34,320 bases of DNA from Patescibacteria group bacterium (lineage in GTDB: Bacteria; Bacteroidota; Ignavibacteria; Kapaibacteriales; DASPKH01), in NCBI GenBank assembly GCA_035628175.1, contig DASPKH010000392.1, forward strand, positions 1-34,320. Reading direction: 5' to 3'. The notes beneath the pieces were generated by a model, which saw only the letters and a list, made by a program, of their open reading frames with translations, did no database searches and was not told the DNA's origin. The translations under genes were made by a program, and so were the position numbers. This document shows positions 25,023 through 33,000 of the stretch, one piece after another. Every line of letters starts with the position of its first letter. The stretch's first letter is position 1.

Positions 25023-25937
25023 ATGCTAAAATATACATTGCTTCTGCTTCCCGCGTTTGTCATTTGCAGTTTTTCCCAGCCCATTTCCGAAAAGGCACTG
25101 GCCACGAAAGATGTGTATTATTCACTCAGCGAGGCTATTAAAAATCCTGATTCGGTGTACCACATCAATTTGCGCCAGCAGGATATCCGCGACCTCACGC
25201 CTGATTTCGGGCTTTTAAAAAAGCTCCAATTTGCTAATCTGATGAAGAATAATATCGAGGCTCTTCCGCGTGAGATCGGGCTTTTAAAAAACCTGCAGGC
25301 AATATTCCTCAGGCAGAATAAGCTGACGGAATTTTCCGAGGAGCTAGGCACGTTGCCGCACCTGCGTGAGATTGACCTGGACGGCAACAAAATTGCAACA
25401 CTTCCGCGCGAAATCGGCCTTTTAAAAAAGCTAAAGATCCTCGATCTTTCCTCCAACAAAATTGAAATGCTCCCACGCGAGATCGGCGGCATGGCGTCGC
25501 TCCAGGCAATCGAACTGGACAAAAATCTTTTAAAAAGCTTACCTGCTGAAATCGGAACTTTAAAAAAACTACAAACGCTTTTCCTCGCGAATAACCAGAT
25601 TGCGGAATTGCCAAAAAATATCACACTTTTAAAAAGTCTTCGTACGCTGAATCTCGACAATAATCTTTTAAAAGAACTGCCTCACAATATCGGGCTTTTA
25701 AAAGAATTGCGATCGCTGACAATTGGTAGTAATCAGCTGGAGGAAATCCCAGAAAGCATCACAAATCTTTCAAAGCTGGAACTGCTTTCTCTTGGCGATA
25801 ATAAGCTTGAGAAGATGCCAAAAAACCTTTCAAAAATGAAGAAGCTAAGAACGCTGATCCTGGTTGGGAATAATTTTTCGGAAGAGGAAAAAGCACGGAT
25901 TATGGAAACGCTGCCGAGGACCGATATTCGTTTTTAA
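25023..25937 (+). CDS. 304-aa secreted/lipid-anchored leucine-rich-repeat protein (about 10 x 23-aa LRR)
   Basis: N-terminal hydrophobic leader MLKYTLLLLPAFVIC. Repeats follow the form L..N.I..LP.EIG.LK.L..L. The stop TAA (25935-25937) lies inside a TTTTAAAA copy. Confidence 0.9.
   Translation: MLKYTLLLLPAFVICSFSQPISEKALATKDVYYSLSEAIKNPDSVYHINLRQQDIRDLTPDFGLLKKLQFANLMKNNIEALPREIGLLKNLQAIFLRQNKLTEFSEELGTLPHLREIDLDGNKIATLPREIGLLKKLKILDLSSNKIEMLPREIGGMASLQAIELDKNLLKSLPAEIGTLKKLQTLFLANNQIAELPKNITLLKSLRTLNLDNNLLKELPHNIGLLKELRSLTIGSNQLEEIPESITNLSKLELLSLGDNKLEKMPKNLSKMKKLRTLILVGNNFSEEEKARIMETLPRTDIRF
25161..25883 (+). repeat. LRR array with 69-nt periodicity
   Basis: Ten consecutive 23-aa units run from HINLRQQDIRDLTPDFGLLKKLQ to LLSLGDNKLEKMPKNLSKMKKLR, followed by a capping unit. 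Confidence 0.85.
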
Positions 25938-25958
25938 AAATTTTAAAGTAATGAAGCC

Positions 25959-25996
25959 GGAAGATATTGAAAGTACCTCTTCCTGCTTTTGTTTTT
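25959..25996 (+). terminator. Weak terminator candidate after the LRR gene
   Basis: GGAAGA (25959-25964) / TCTTCC (25978-25983) form a 6-bp stem with a 13-nt loop, followed by TGCTTTTGTTTTTT. The short stem and large loop make it weak. Confidence 0.3.
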
Positions 25997-26070
25997 TCAA
26001 AAGGAACAAATAAAAATACACTGGGGTTTGAAAAGGAAAGCAGTAGTTAAAACCTAAACCGGAAAAAGTA

Positions 26071-26523
26071 ATGAATTCATTCCAGTCGCTTATGAGCGGA
26101 GCCGTGGGTGCATCGATTCTTACAGCCGCACATGAGGCCCTTCGCCATGCGCGTCCGCAGGACGCACCACGCATGGATATTCTCGGTGAGCGCGCGATAA
26201 ACAAAGGTATGGAAATGGTAGGACAAGATCCCCTACGAGAGGATAAGCTATATTTACCAACTCTTGCCGGCGACCTCCTTAGCAACGCAGCCTATTATAG
26301 CCTCGTTGGCGCAGGTGATGAAGGAAATATCTGGCTTCGTGGAGCGGCGTTGGGTGCGGCGGCGGGGCTAGGTGCACTCGTACTTCCGGGCCCTATGGGA
26401 CTTGGTGAGGCCCCATCAAAACGCACACCGCAAACGGCTATGATGACTGTTGGCCTGTACATGCTGGGAGGGCTTGCTGCAGCAGCCACAGCAAGCCTGT
26501 TTATAAAAGAGTCAGAGCTGTAA
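26071..26523 (+). CDS. 150-aa hypothetical Gly/Ala-rich membrane protein
   Basis: ATG ORF with hydrophobic Gly/Ala-rich segments (GAVGASILTAA, LRGAALGAAAGLGALVL, TVGLYMLGGLAAAATASLF). I recognise no family. Its 3' end overlaps the convergent 26501-27727 gene by 23 nt. Confidence 0.55.
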   Translation: MNSFQSLMSGAVGASILTAAHEALRHARPQDAPRMDILGERAINKGMEMVGQDPLREDKLYLPTLAGDLLSNAAYYSLVGAGDEGNIWLRGAALGAAAGLGALVLPGPMGLGEAPSKRTPQTAMMTVGLYMLGGLAAAATASLFIKESEL

Positions 26524-27727
26524 GGCTGCTTTTAAAAGTTTCGTGCAGGGCAGCGATATGCTGCGCCGGAATAAGCGAAAATGCCAGCAAAAACAAGCTC
26601 CAGAGCGCAATAGCAATATGTTGCGCGCGTGAGGGGTATTGCTTTTTATAGTATTTCCACATGAAGGCTATCGCGGAAGACACCCATGTAACGGCAGCGA
26701 TGAGAAGCATCAGGGGCACTGGTGAAAGAGAATCTTTTAAAAATGCGCTGAGGCCCGCGTTTAAAACCGAACCGTAGACAATCATTAGGTGGAAAACATA
26801 AATAAATAGTGATTCCTGTCCGGCATTAATCAGGAACGCTCCTACCCTTTGGGAAGCAATCCACTCCTGAAACAGATACAGCAACGCAAATACGCAGATC
26901 ACACCACTTAGGCGATATAGTGAATGTGCAGGCGATGTGTACCACCAGTCATTATAGCCGTAGAGTTCAAAAGGCACAAGGCGTGAACCATACAGAAAAA
27001 TAAAAATTCCCGCAAAGGAAACCAATGCAGCAATCTTTGCAAAGTGTTCTTTATCTGCCGCTTTTAAAAAAAACGCTGTAAAGGCCGCACCGGCCAGTAG
27101 GTAACCGCTCCACGGGAAAAGTGGAAATTTTGAAATAGGCTGCTGTGCAAAGTAGAGCGCTATCGGCATGGGCATAACATCTAATGGACGAAGCGACCAG
27201 ACAGCTGGGGTACTGAAAAATATAGAAAGAGCGCTTACAAGATAGACATTTTTTAAAAGATCCCGGCGTGGCAGTAAAAAAAATAGCAGTAACGAAAAAA
27301 GTGATGTAGCCACGATGAGCTGTAGCACATTGCATTCCAAGAGCACTGTCAGCTGTTCGCGCGGGAGCTGTAGTATTTGCTGAAAAGAAAAGACCGGCAG
27401 ATGCAGCCAGTACGCCAGTGCAAGTATAAAAAGTAGCCTTCGCAGATAGTGCCAGAGCGGCTTTTTAAAAGCGCGGAAATCATCGCCTTTCCGCTCAAGT
27501 GCCAGCCAGAAGCCGGCGCCGGCGCAAAAAATAAAACTGGCCGAAGCAAACCCGCTCATCAGGTTCAGGGCTTCGTACACAAATCCCGTTTCAAAAACAG
27601 GATCGAGCATGGAATTCAGAATATGCGCCTCGATCATGAAAAGCACGGCTATTCCTCGCATTACATCTATAAAGGTAAGTCGGTGCGCTGTCGGCTGGCT
27701 GATGGGCGCGTGGAGTTGCCCTGTCAT
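26501..27727 (-). CDS. 408-aa polytopic membrane protein, DUF1624 / heparan-alpha-glucosaminide N-acetyltransferase-like acyltransferase
   Basis: The N-terminal 'RLTFIDVMRGIAVLFMIEAHILN' matches the R..(F/S).D..RG.A...M...H signature of the DUF1624 family. About 10 hydrophobic segments follow. Confidence 0.8.
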   Translation of the reverse strand: MTGQLHAPISQPTAHRLTFIDVMRGIAVLFMIEAHILNSMLDPVFETGFVYEALNLMSGFASASFIFCAGAGFWLALERKGDDFRAFKKPLWHYLRRLLFILALAYWLHLPVFSFQQILQLPREQLTVLLECNVLQLIVATSLFSLLLFFLLPRRDLLKNVYLVSALSIFFSTPAVWSLRPLDVMPMPIALYFAQQPISKFPLFPWSGYLLAGAAFTAFFLKAADKEHFAKIAALVSFAGIFIFLYGSRLVPFELYGYNDWWYTSPAHSLYRLSGVICVFALLYLFQEWIASQRVGAFLINAGQESLFIYVFHLMIVYGSVLNAGLSAFLKDSLSPVPLMLLIAAVTWVSSAIAFMWKYYKKQYPSRAQHIAIALWSLFLLAFSLIPAQHIAALHETFKSSLTALTLL

Positions 27728-27881
27728 GAAAAAATTCCTGAAAAATGGGAACAGATCGTGTTTTAAAAACTAAAATTCATGTAAAATTATAGCAGAAAAA
27801 GATTATTCTAAAATGAAATGTGAGAACTCCGTCATAATGTACAGTATCCAACGTTTTTTAAAAGCATTCTGACTATCTTTC

Positions 27882-28145
27882 ATGCTGAAAATTCTGATTA
27901 TCATTCTCCTTATTATTGTAGGTATTATAGTAGCTGTCGGGTATGTGCTTGGCGCTCTCAGGCGGTTTCTTGGGCTTTCTCCTCGGCAAGCAAAAACGAT
28001 TTTTACGGGCTTTAAAAATATGAGCACCGGCCCGGGTTTTAAAAATGAACATCCGAAGCGAGAACAGAAAGATATTTTATACCAGAAAAACGATATAGTG
28101 GTGCTACGCGGTGAAGCTAAGGAAAAAGTGAAAAAGGAGAAGTAA
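27882..28145 (+). CDS. 87-aa small membrane protein (one N-terminal TM helix, Lys/Glu-rich tail), hypothetical
   Basis: MLKILIIILLIIVGIIVAVGYVLGAL is followed by a charged tail. It resembles the small DUF4834-type proteins of Bacteroidota, but I cannot confirm this by eye. Confidence 0.5.
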   Translation: MLKILIIILLIIVGIIVAVGYVLGALRRFLGLSPRQAKTIFTGFKNMSTGPGFKNEHPKREQKDILYQKNDIVVLRGEAKEKVKKEK

Positions 28146-28148
28146 AAT

Positions 28149-28182
28149 GTTTTAGAAAGTTTTAAAAAGTTTTAAAAAGTTT
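28149..28182. repeat. 3.4 copies of a 10-bp tandem repeat GTTTTAAAAA between the 27882 gene and ppx
   Basis: GTTTTAGAAA (28149-28158), GTTTTAAAAA (28159-28168), GTTTTAAAAA (28169-28178), GTTT (28179-28182). The period is about one helical turn. Confidence 0.9.
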
Positions 28183-28276
28183 CGTAATTTTCACGACCAG
28201 CCCAAAAGTTTTTCGTCGGAACGAATCTTTGAAAAATCTCCATTACTCGGTCTTATAGCTTTTAAAGACACACTGC

Positions 28277-29830
28277 ATGAAACAACCTTTACCGCTTATT
28301 GGCGCCATTGACCTTGGCACGAATTCCTTTCATATGGTAATAGCATCGGTCAATAGACGGGGAGCGCTCAGGATCCACAGCCGCGATAAGGAAATGGTGC
28401 GGCTAGGCTCTTCTGGCAATGATATGAAATACCTCTCCGGCGATGCGATGGATCGTGGTGTACAGGCTCTGCAAAGGTTTGCCGAGATGGCCAAAAAGGA
28501 AGGTGCTACAGTACGTGCTATTGCCACAAGCGCCGTACGGGAAGCGCTAAACCGTGATGAATTTGTAGAACGGGCTTTAAAAGAGGCCGGCGTGCGTGTG
28601 GAGGTTGTCTCAGGGATTGAGGAGGGGCGTCTCATATACATTGGCGCTATTCATGCTATACCCATTGTGCACAAGCGCGCTCTGACCATTGACATTGGCG
28701 GTGGTTCGACGGAAACGACTATCGGGCGCGAAGGCCATGTAGAATATGTCCATAGCGCGAAACTTGGTGCTATCCGCCTGGCAAAAAAGTTTTTTCCAAC
28801 GGAGAAAATTACCACCGATCAGATAAAGGAATGCCGTGAGTACATCCGCGGTGATTGGGGCGCAGTTTTTAAGGTAATCGGTAAGCACGGCTTTGATGTT
28901 GCCGTGGGTTGTTCCGGAACAATTCATACACTGGCTGCAATGGTGCTGGCACGCGAGGGAAAGCCGATTCCAGAAGTCATCAATGGGATTATTGTAAAAA
29001 AAGAGCAAATCCTACAGTCTGTCAATGATGTCATTGCCGCAAGAACATCAGCCGATCGCGTAAAACTGCCGGGGATGGATCCAAAGCGTGCTGATATTAT
29101 TCATGCAGGCGCGCTCATCCTCGAGCAGGCAATCCTCGGCTTGAATATCCAGAAAATCGTAATTTCGGGCTATGCGCTTCGCGAAGGGGTTGTGTTTGAC
29201 ACTGTGCATAAGCAGCAGGCGATTGAGGAATTCCATCATCTGAGCAATCTCCGCTATGAAACAGTATATCATATTGCCGATATGTATAAAATTGATCAAA
29301 CGCACGCTGAGCATGTCAAGGATCTTTCTCTAAAAATATTCGACGAACTGCAGTCTCTGCACAAGCTTGGCGATACTGAACGTGAGGTGCTTGAGGCCGC
29401 TGCCATCCTGCACGATGTCGGCTATCATATCTCACCAGAGCAGCATCATAAACATAGTTATTATATGATCCGAAACACGGTGATGCCAGGTTTTACTAAT
29501 GATGAAGCCGAACTGATTGCAAATGTGGCGCGCTATCACCGCAAGAGCCACCCCAAGAAAAAGCATGAAAACTTTCAGCATCTTTCACCCGATGCACAAA
29601 GAGTTGTAAAAATTCTGTCGGGAATTCTGCGTATTGCTGAAGGACTTGACCGCAGGCAGGCACAAGTGGTGACAGCAGTAGGATGCATCATAAAAGATTC
29701 TGCCATAGAACTACAAATAGAAGCAGCAACTAAACAAACTCTGCCCGATATAGAAATATGGGGCGCGCGCCGACGTAAGGAACTCTTAGAGAGCATTCTT
29801 GAGAAAGATATAGATTTTAAAATGGTTTGA
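28277..29830 (+). CDS. ppx: 517-aa Ppx/GppA-family exopolyphosphatase with a C-terminal HD domain
   Basis: N-terminal ASKHA phosphate-1 motif IGAIDLGTNSFHMVIA, then IDIGGGSTE. HD-domain motifs ILHDVGYHIS and ARYHRKSHP. I cannot distinguish Ppx from GppA activity from the sequence. Confidence 0.92.
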   Translation: MKQPLPLIGAIDLGTNSFHMVIASVNRRGALRIHSRDKEMVRLGSSGNDMKYLSGDAMDRGVQALQRFAEMAKKEGATVRAIATSAVREALNRDEFVERALKEAGVRVEVVSGIEEGRLIYIGAIHAIPIVHKRALTIDIGGGSTETTIGREGHVEYVHSAKLGAIRLAKKFFPTEKITTDQIKECREYIRGDWGAVFKVIGKHGFDVAVGCSGTIHTLAAMVLAREGKPIPEVINGIIVKKEQILQSVNDVIAARTSADRVKLPGMDPKRADIIHAGALILEQAILGLNIQKIVISGYALREGVVFDTVHKQQAIEEFHHLSNLRYETVYHIADMYKIDQTHAEHVKDLSLKIFDELQSLHKLGDTEREVLEAAAILHDVGYHISPEQHHKHSYYMIRNTVMPGFTNDEAELIANVARYHRKSHPKKKHENFQHLSPDAQRVVKILSGILRIAEGLDRRQAQVVTAVGCIIKDSAIELQIEAATKQTLPDIEIWGARRRKELLESILEKDIDFKMV

Positions 29831-30012
29831 AATAAACTTACAAGGAAATGTAACAAAATTTCGATTAAGTTATTATTGAAATCTACCACAGAAATTTTTT
29901 TAAGAAAACTTAAAATTGTATCTTGTAGATATAAAATTATAGTAGTTTCTCTTTTTGAATTTTTATTAGATTATTCATTTATCAATATATTTCATTTTAA
30001 AGGTAATACCTT

Positions 30013-33000
30013 ATGAAAAATCGCTACGGCTTAGTGCTGATGCTGCTGTTTTTAATGGCATGCCTCAGTACAGCACCTCAGGTGCATGCAAAAGAGGATA
30101 TTGATCCTTCGAAACTACCGTCATTGCTCGCAAGTAGCAATGCAGGAACAGATTTTTGGTTTTTATTCCCTGTCTGTTTTCCAGAGCAAGGTGGACAGAA
30201 TTCACTAAAGATATATGTTTCTGCGGGTAGTGCTGTACAGTGTACAGTAGAAGTACCGGGAATGGGCGTTCGCTATGTGAAAACTACGAAGCCTAACGAT
30301 ATCATTGAATTCACCATGTATCCTGGTGAAGGTCAGCCATACGAGAGCAACGGTATGCCTGATATTGCAAAAACTGAAGATCAAACATATGCAGAGGGAA
30401 AAGGACGTGGTATTCATGTAACTGCGCCTGTTCCAATCGTAGTCTATGGCGTTTCACGATATGTTTATACTAGTGATAGTTTTCTGGCGATACCAACTTC
30501 AGCATTGGGTAAAGAATATATTATTTCCTCATTTGCCGATTTGACAGGAGGAGCCTTTGCAGGCCTGCACCTGCCAAGCCAGACGATTGTGATTGCACCA
30601 TATGATAATACAGTTGTGACGTTTACACTGGGCGGTAGCCAGGGTACGCAGACTGTTGGTGGTATGCGTATTGGCCAAAGCAAGAATTTCCGTTTAAATA
30701 AAGGTGATATCGTTGCATTTGCAAGTAAAAAGGCCAATGGTATCTTTGTTGACCTTTCAGGCAGTAAATTTACTGCAACTAAGCCAATTGCAGTAGTCAG
30801 TGGTAATCAGTGCGCGTATGTTCCCGAGACTGTAGCTGCCTGTGACTTTATCATGGAAATGGAACTTCCGACTAACACCTGGGGGAAGGAGTATCACATT
30901 AGCAGGTTTGTGAAGCGTAAAAAATATGCAATGATGAAAATTTTTGCTAAGGAACCCAACACAAAACTGTATCGCGATGGCAATCCTATTCCTTTTGCCG
31001 TATTATCAACAGCAGGTGGAAGACAGGGATCAGGCTACTATGAAGGCCGTGTGCTAGATGATGGTCTAGATCCACGTCCTATCGTGATTAAAGGTGATAA
31101 GCCCATCAGTATTACGACCTATAACCCAGGTCAAACTGATGATGGAGTCTCCAGTGACCCTTTCCAGCTGATCCTTACACCGATCGAGCAATACCAGAAA
31201 GAGATTATTTTTAATACACCGGGCATCAAGGGCGGCCAGGGCTTTAAAGAAAACTATGTAAATCTTGTTTTCGAGGGGAATGCTGACGGCACCATGCCGG
31301 ATGACCTTGAGTTTGCTACGGTAAACGACGGAAAGTTTGTATGGAAGTCTGTACGCAGTGTTTTTGGAGCCACGTCAGAACCATTCAAGGGCTTCCCGGG
31401 AGATACCAAAAAATATTATGCTAAAATCATAACGCTGCCAGGGGACGGAGTGTACAAGATCCGTGCTCAGAAGCCATTTGCAGCGTATGCGTATGGATTT
31501 GATTCATTTGACTCGTATGGGCATCCGACAAGTGTGGCCCTGGGTGACCTGTCAGTACGTGATCCTGATGCTCCGGATTTCAGTTTCACTCAGCAGTGTG
31601 ATGGTAGCGTAAATGACGGCAAGGTAGAAGACCTGCCAAAAGCAGAAAATGACACTATTAAGCGCTCAAACTTACGCGCAGTCTCCCTGCTTGACGGAAG
31701 CAAAAATTATCTACTGGAAGTAGAGGAGTTCGTACCTGGTGATGCACGCACCACGAACTGGAAGCTGCGCGTAGAGGATGCTTCGCAGGATGCTTTAGCG
31801 CATGTGTATTTTGTAGACCGTGCCGGTAATGATACAACAGTAACGATCAGCTATGCAGCCCCTGCGGTAAGGCTGGCGGAAACGAGCCTGAACTGGGGCC
31901 TTCTGAAAGTGAACCAAGAAAAGACCATGCAGCTGGTCGTGCGCAATACAAGCACAACAATGCCGCAGCGCATTACCAAAATGGAGATCCGCGGGAAAGC
32001 ACGTTTCCGCTGGGTGTCTGAGCCTGAGTTACCACAGACACTGGAGCCTGGTGAGAGCCGGAGCTTTGACATTATCTTCAGTTCCCCGACAGAAGATGAG
32101 AATGTACGCGACAGCGTGATGATCGAGATCAATGACTGTAACAAAATAGGAGCTGAGCTGCTTGCCAAAGTAGGCGAGCCGGTGATCAACGTTTCCAATG
32201 CAGACTTTGCGATCAACCCTACAGGAGTAGTGGTTGAGCGGACAATCATAGTGAAAAATACAGGGAAGGTACAGTTAACCGTTACAGGTTATACACTTCC
32301 TACAGTGCCACAGTTTACGCTGACAGGCTGGCCTGCAATCACAGAAGCAAACCCGATGATCCTTCAGCCGCAGCAGGAACAGCAGCTGATAATCAGCTTT
32401 ACATCTGATGTGGCAGCAAAATATGCAGACTATATCAACTTTATCAGTGATACGCGCAAAACTGGACCAGATGTGGATTCAGTAGCATTATTAACAGCAC
32501 AGACAGTAGCCGGTAACCTGGTTCCAAGTGATTATGACTGGAAGAGACGCCGTATTAACCGTACCTATGGAGGCGGAACAGTAACTGTTGTCAATACCGG
32601 AGATCAGGAAGTACGTATCATCAGCGGTAAAAAGCGTACGGACAAGGGTATTAATCCTGAAGCATTTGAGATAGCTCCTATTGCCAATGTTACTGTACAG
32701 CCAGGTGACACGCTCAGATTGAACGCTACATTCAATCCAACGGCAACCGGTGACCATCATGCATACTACCAGATCGTAACCGATAAAGAGGATGTAGAGG
32801 CAATGCTCATGGGTATTGGAACGACAGCGCTTCTGGCAACAGAGGACATGAACTTTGGTTCAACTCTTGTCAATTCAGCGACGCCTCGTCAGAAACAGAT
32901 CCGTATTATTAATCAGAAGCTGGATAACAAAATCGCTGACTCAACAATAGGCGAGCCGGTCGTAATAAGCGATCTGACAGTTACCCCTGCCGGAACTATT

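Larger units (their letters stand above)
1985..29822. repeat. Dispersed, highly iterated palindromic octamer TTTTAAAA (76 copies by hand count)
   Basis: Example copies start at 1985, 2355, 6555, 6602, 6657, 6792, 7172, 7874, 8105, 8619, 10982, 11141, 11246, 11283, 11453, 11488, 11583, 11724, 11988, 12973, 12986, 13198, 13374, 13633, 13689, 14038, 14230, 14512, 14584, 14644, 14781, 14838 ... 25213, 25282, 25420, 25528, 25627, 25666, 25696, 25932 ... 28160, 28170, 29815. The expectation from base composition is below 1. Confidence 0.95.

Noticed and set aside
26501-26523. The 23-nt 3'-3' overlap of the convergent genes 26071-26523 and 26501-27727, considered as a regulatory antisense arrangement
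   Set aside because: Short convergent overlaps are common. The 150-aa ORF is itself only moderately supported, and nothing in the sequence points to function.
19897-30954. A general excess of A4/T4 tract junctions as the explanation for the TTTTAAAA count
   Set aside because: The reverse-order palindrome AAAATTTT, which has identical composition, occurs only 3 times (19897, 25937, 30947) against 76. The excess is word-specific.
7056-32249. Many 60-195-aa ORFs in the six-frame track that lie inside or antisense to the large genes (e.g. 7056-7490, 8958-9416, 13615-14100, 17031-17582, 17473-18060, 20295-20858, 22824-23291, 23304-23705, 25118-25660, 25845-26285, 28610-29008, 31851-32249)
   Set aside because: All are fully overlapped by long ORFs that have recognisable domain content. 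Their translations are low-complexity or Arg/Ser/Cys-rich, as expected for shadow frames. None has its own promoter, RBS or signal features.
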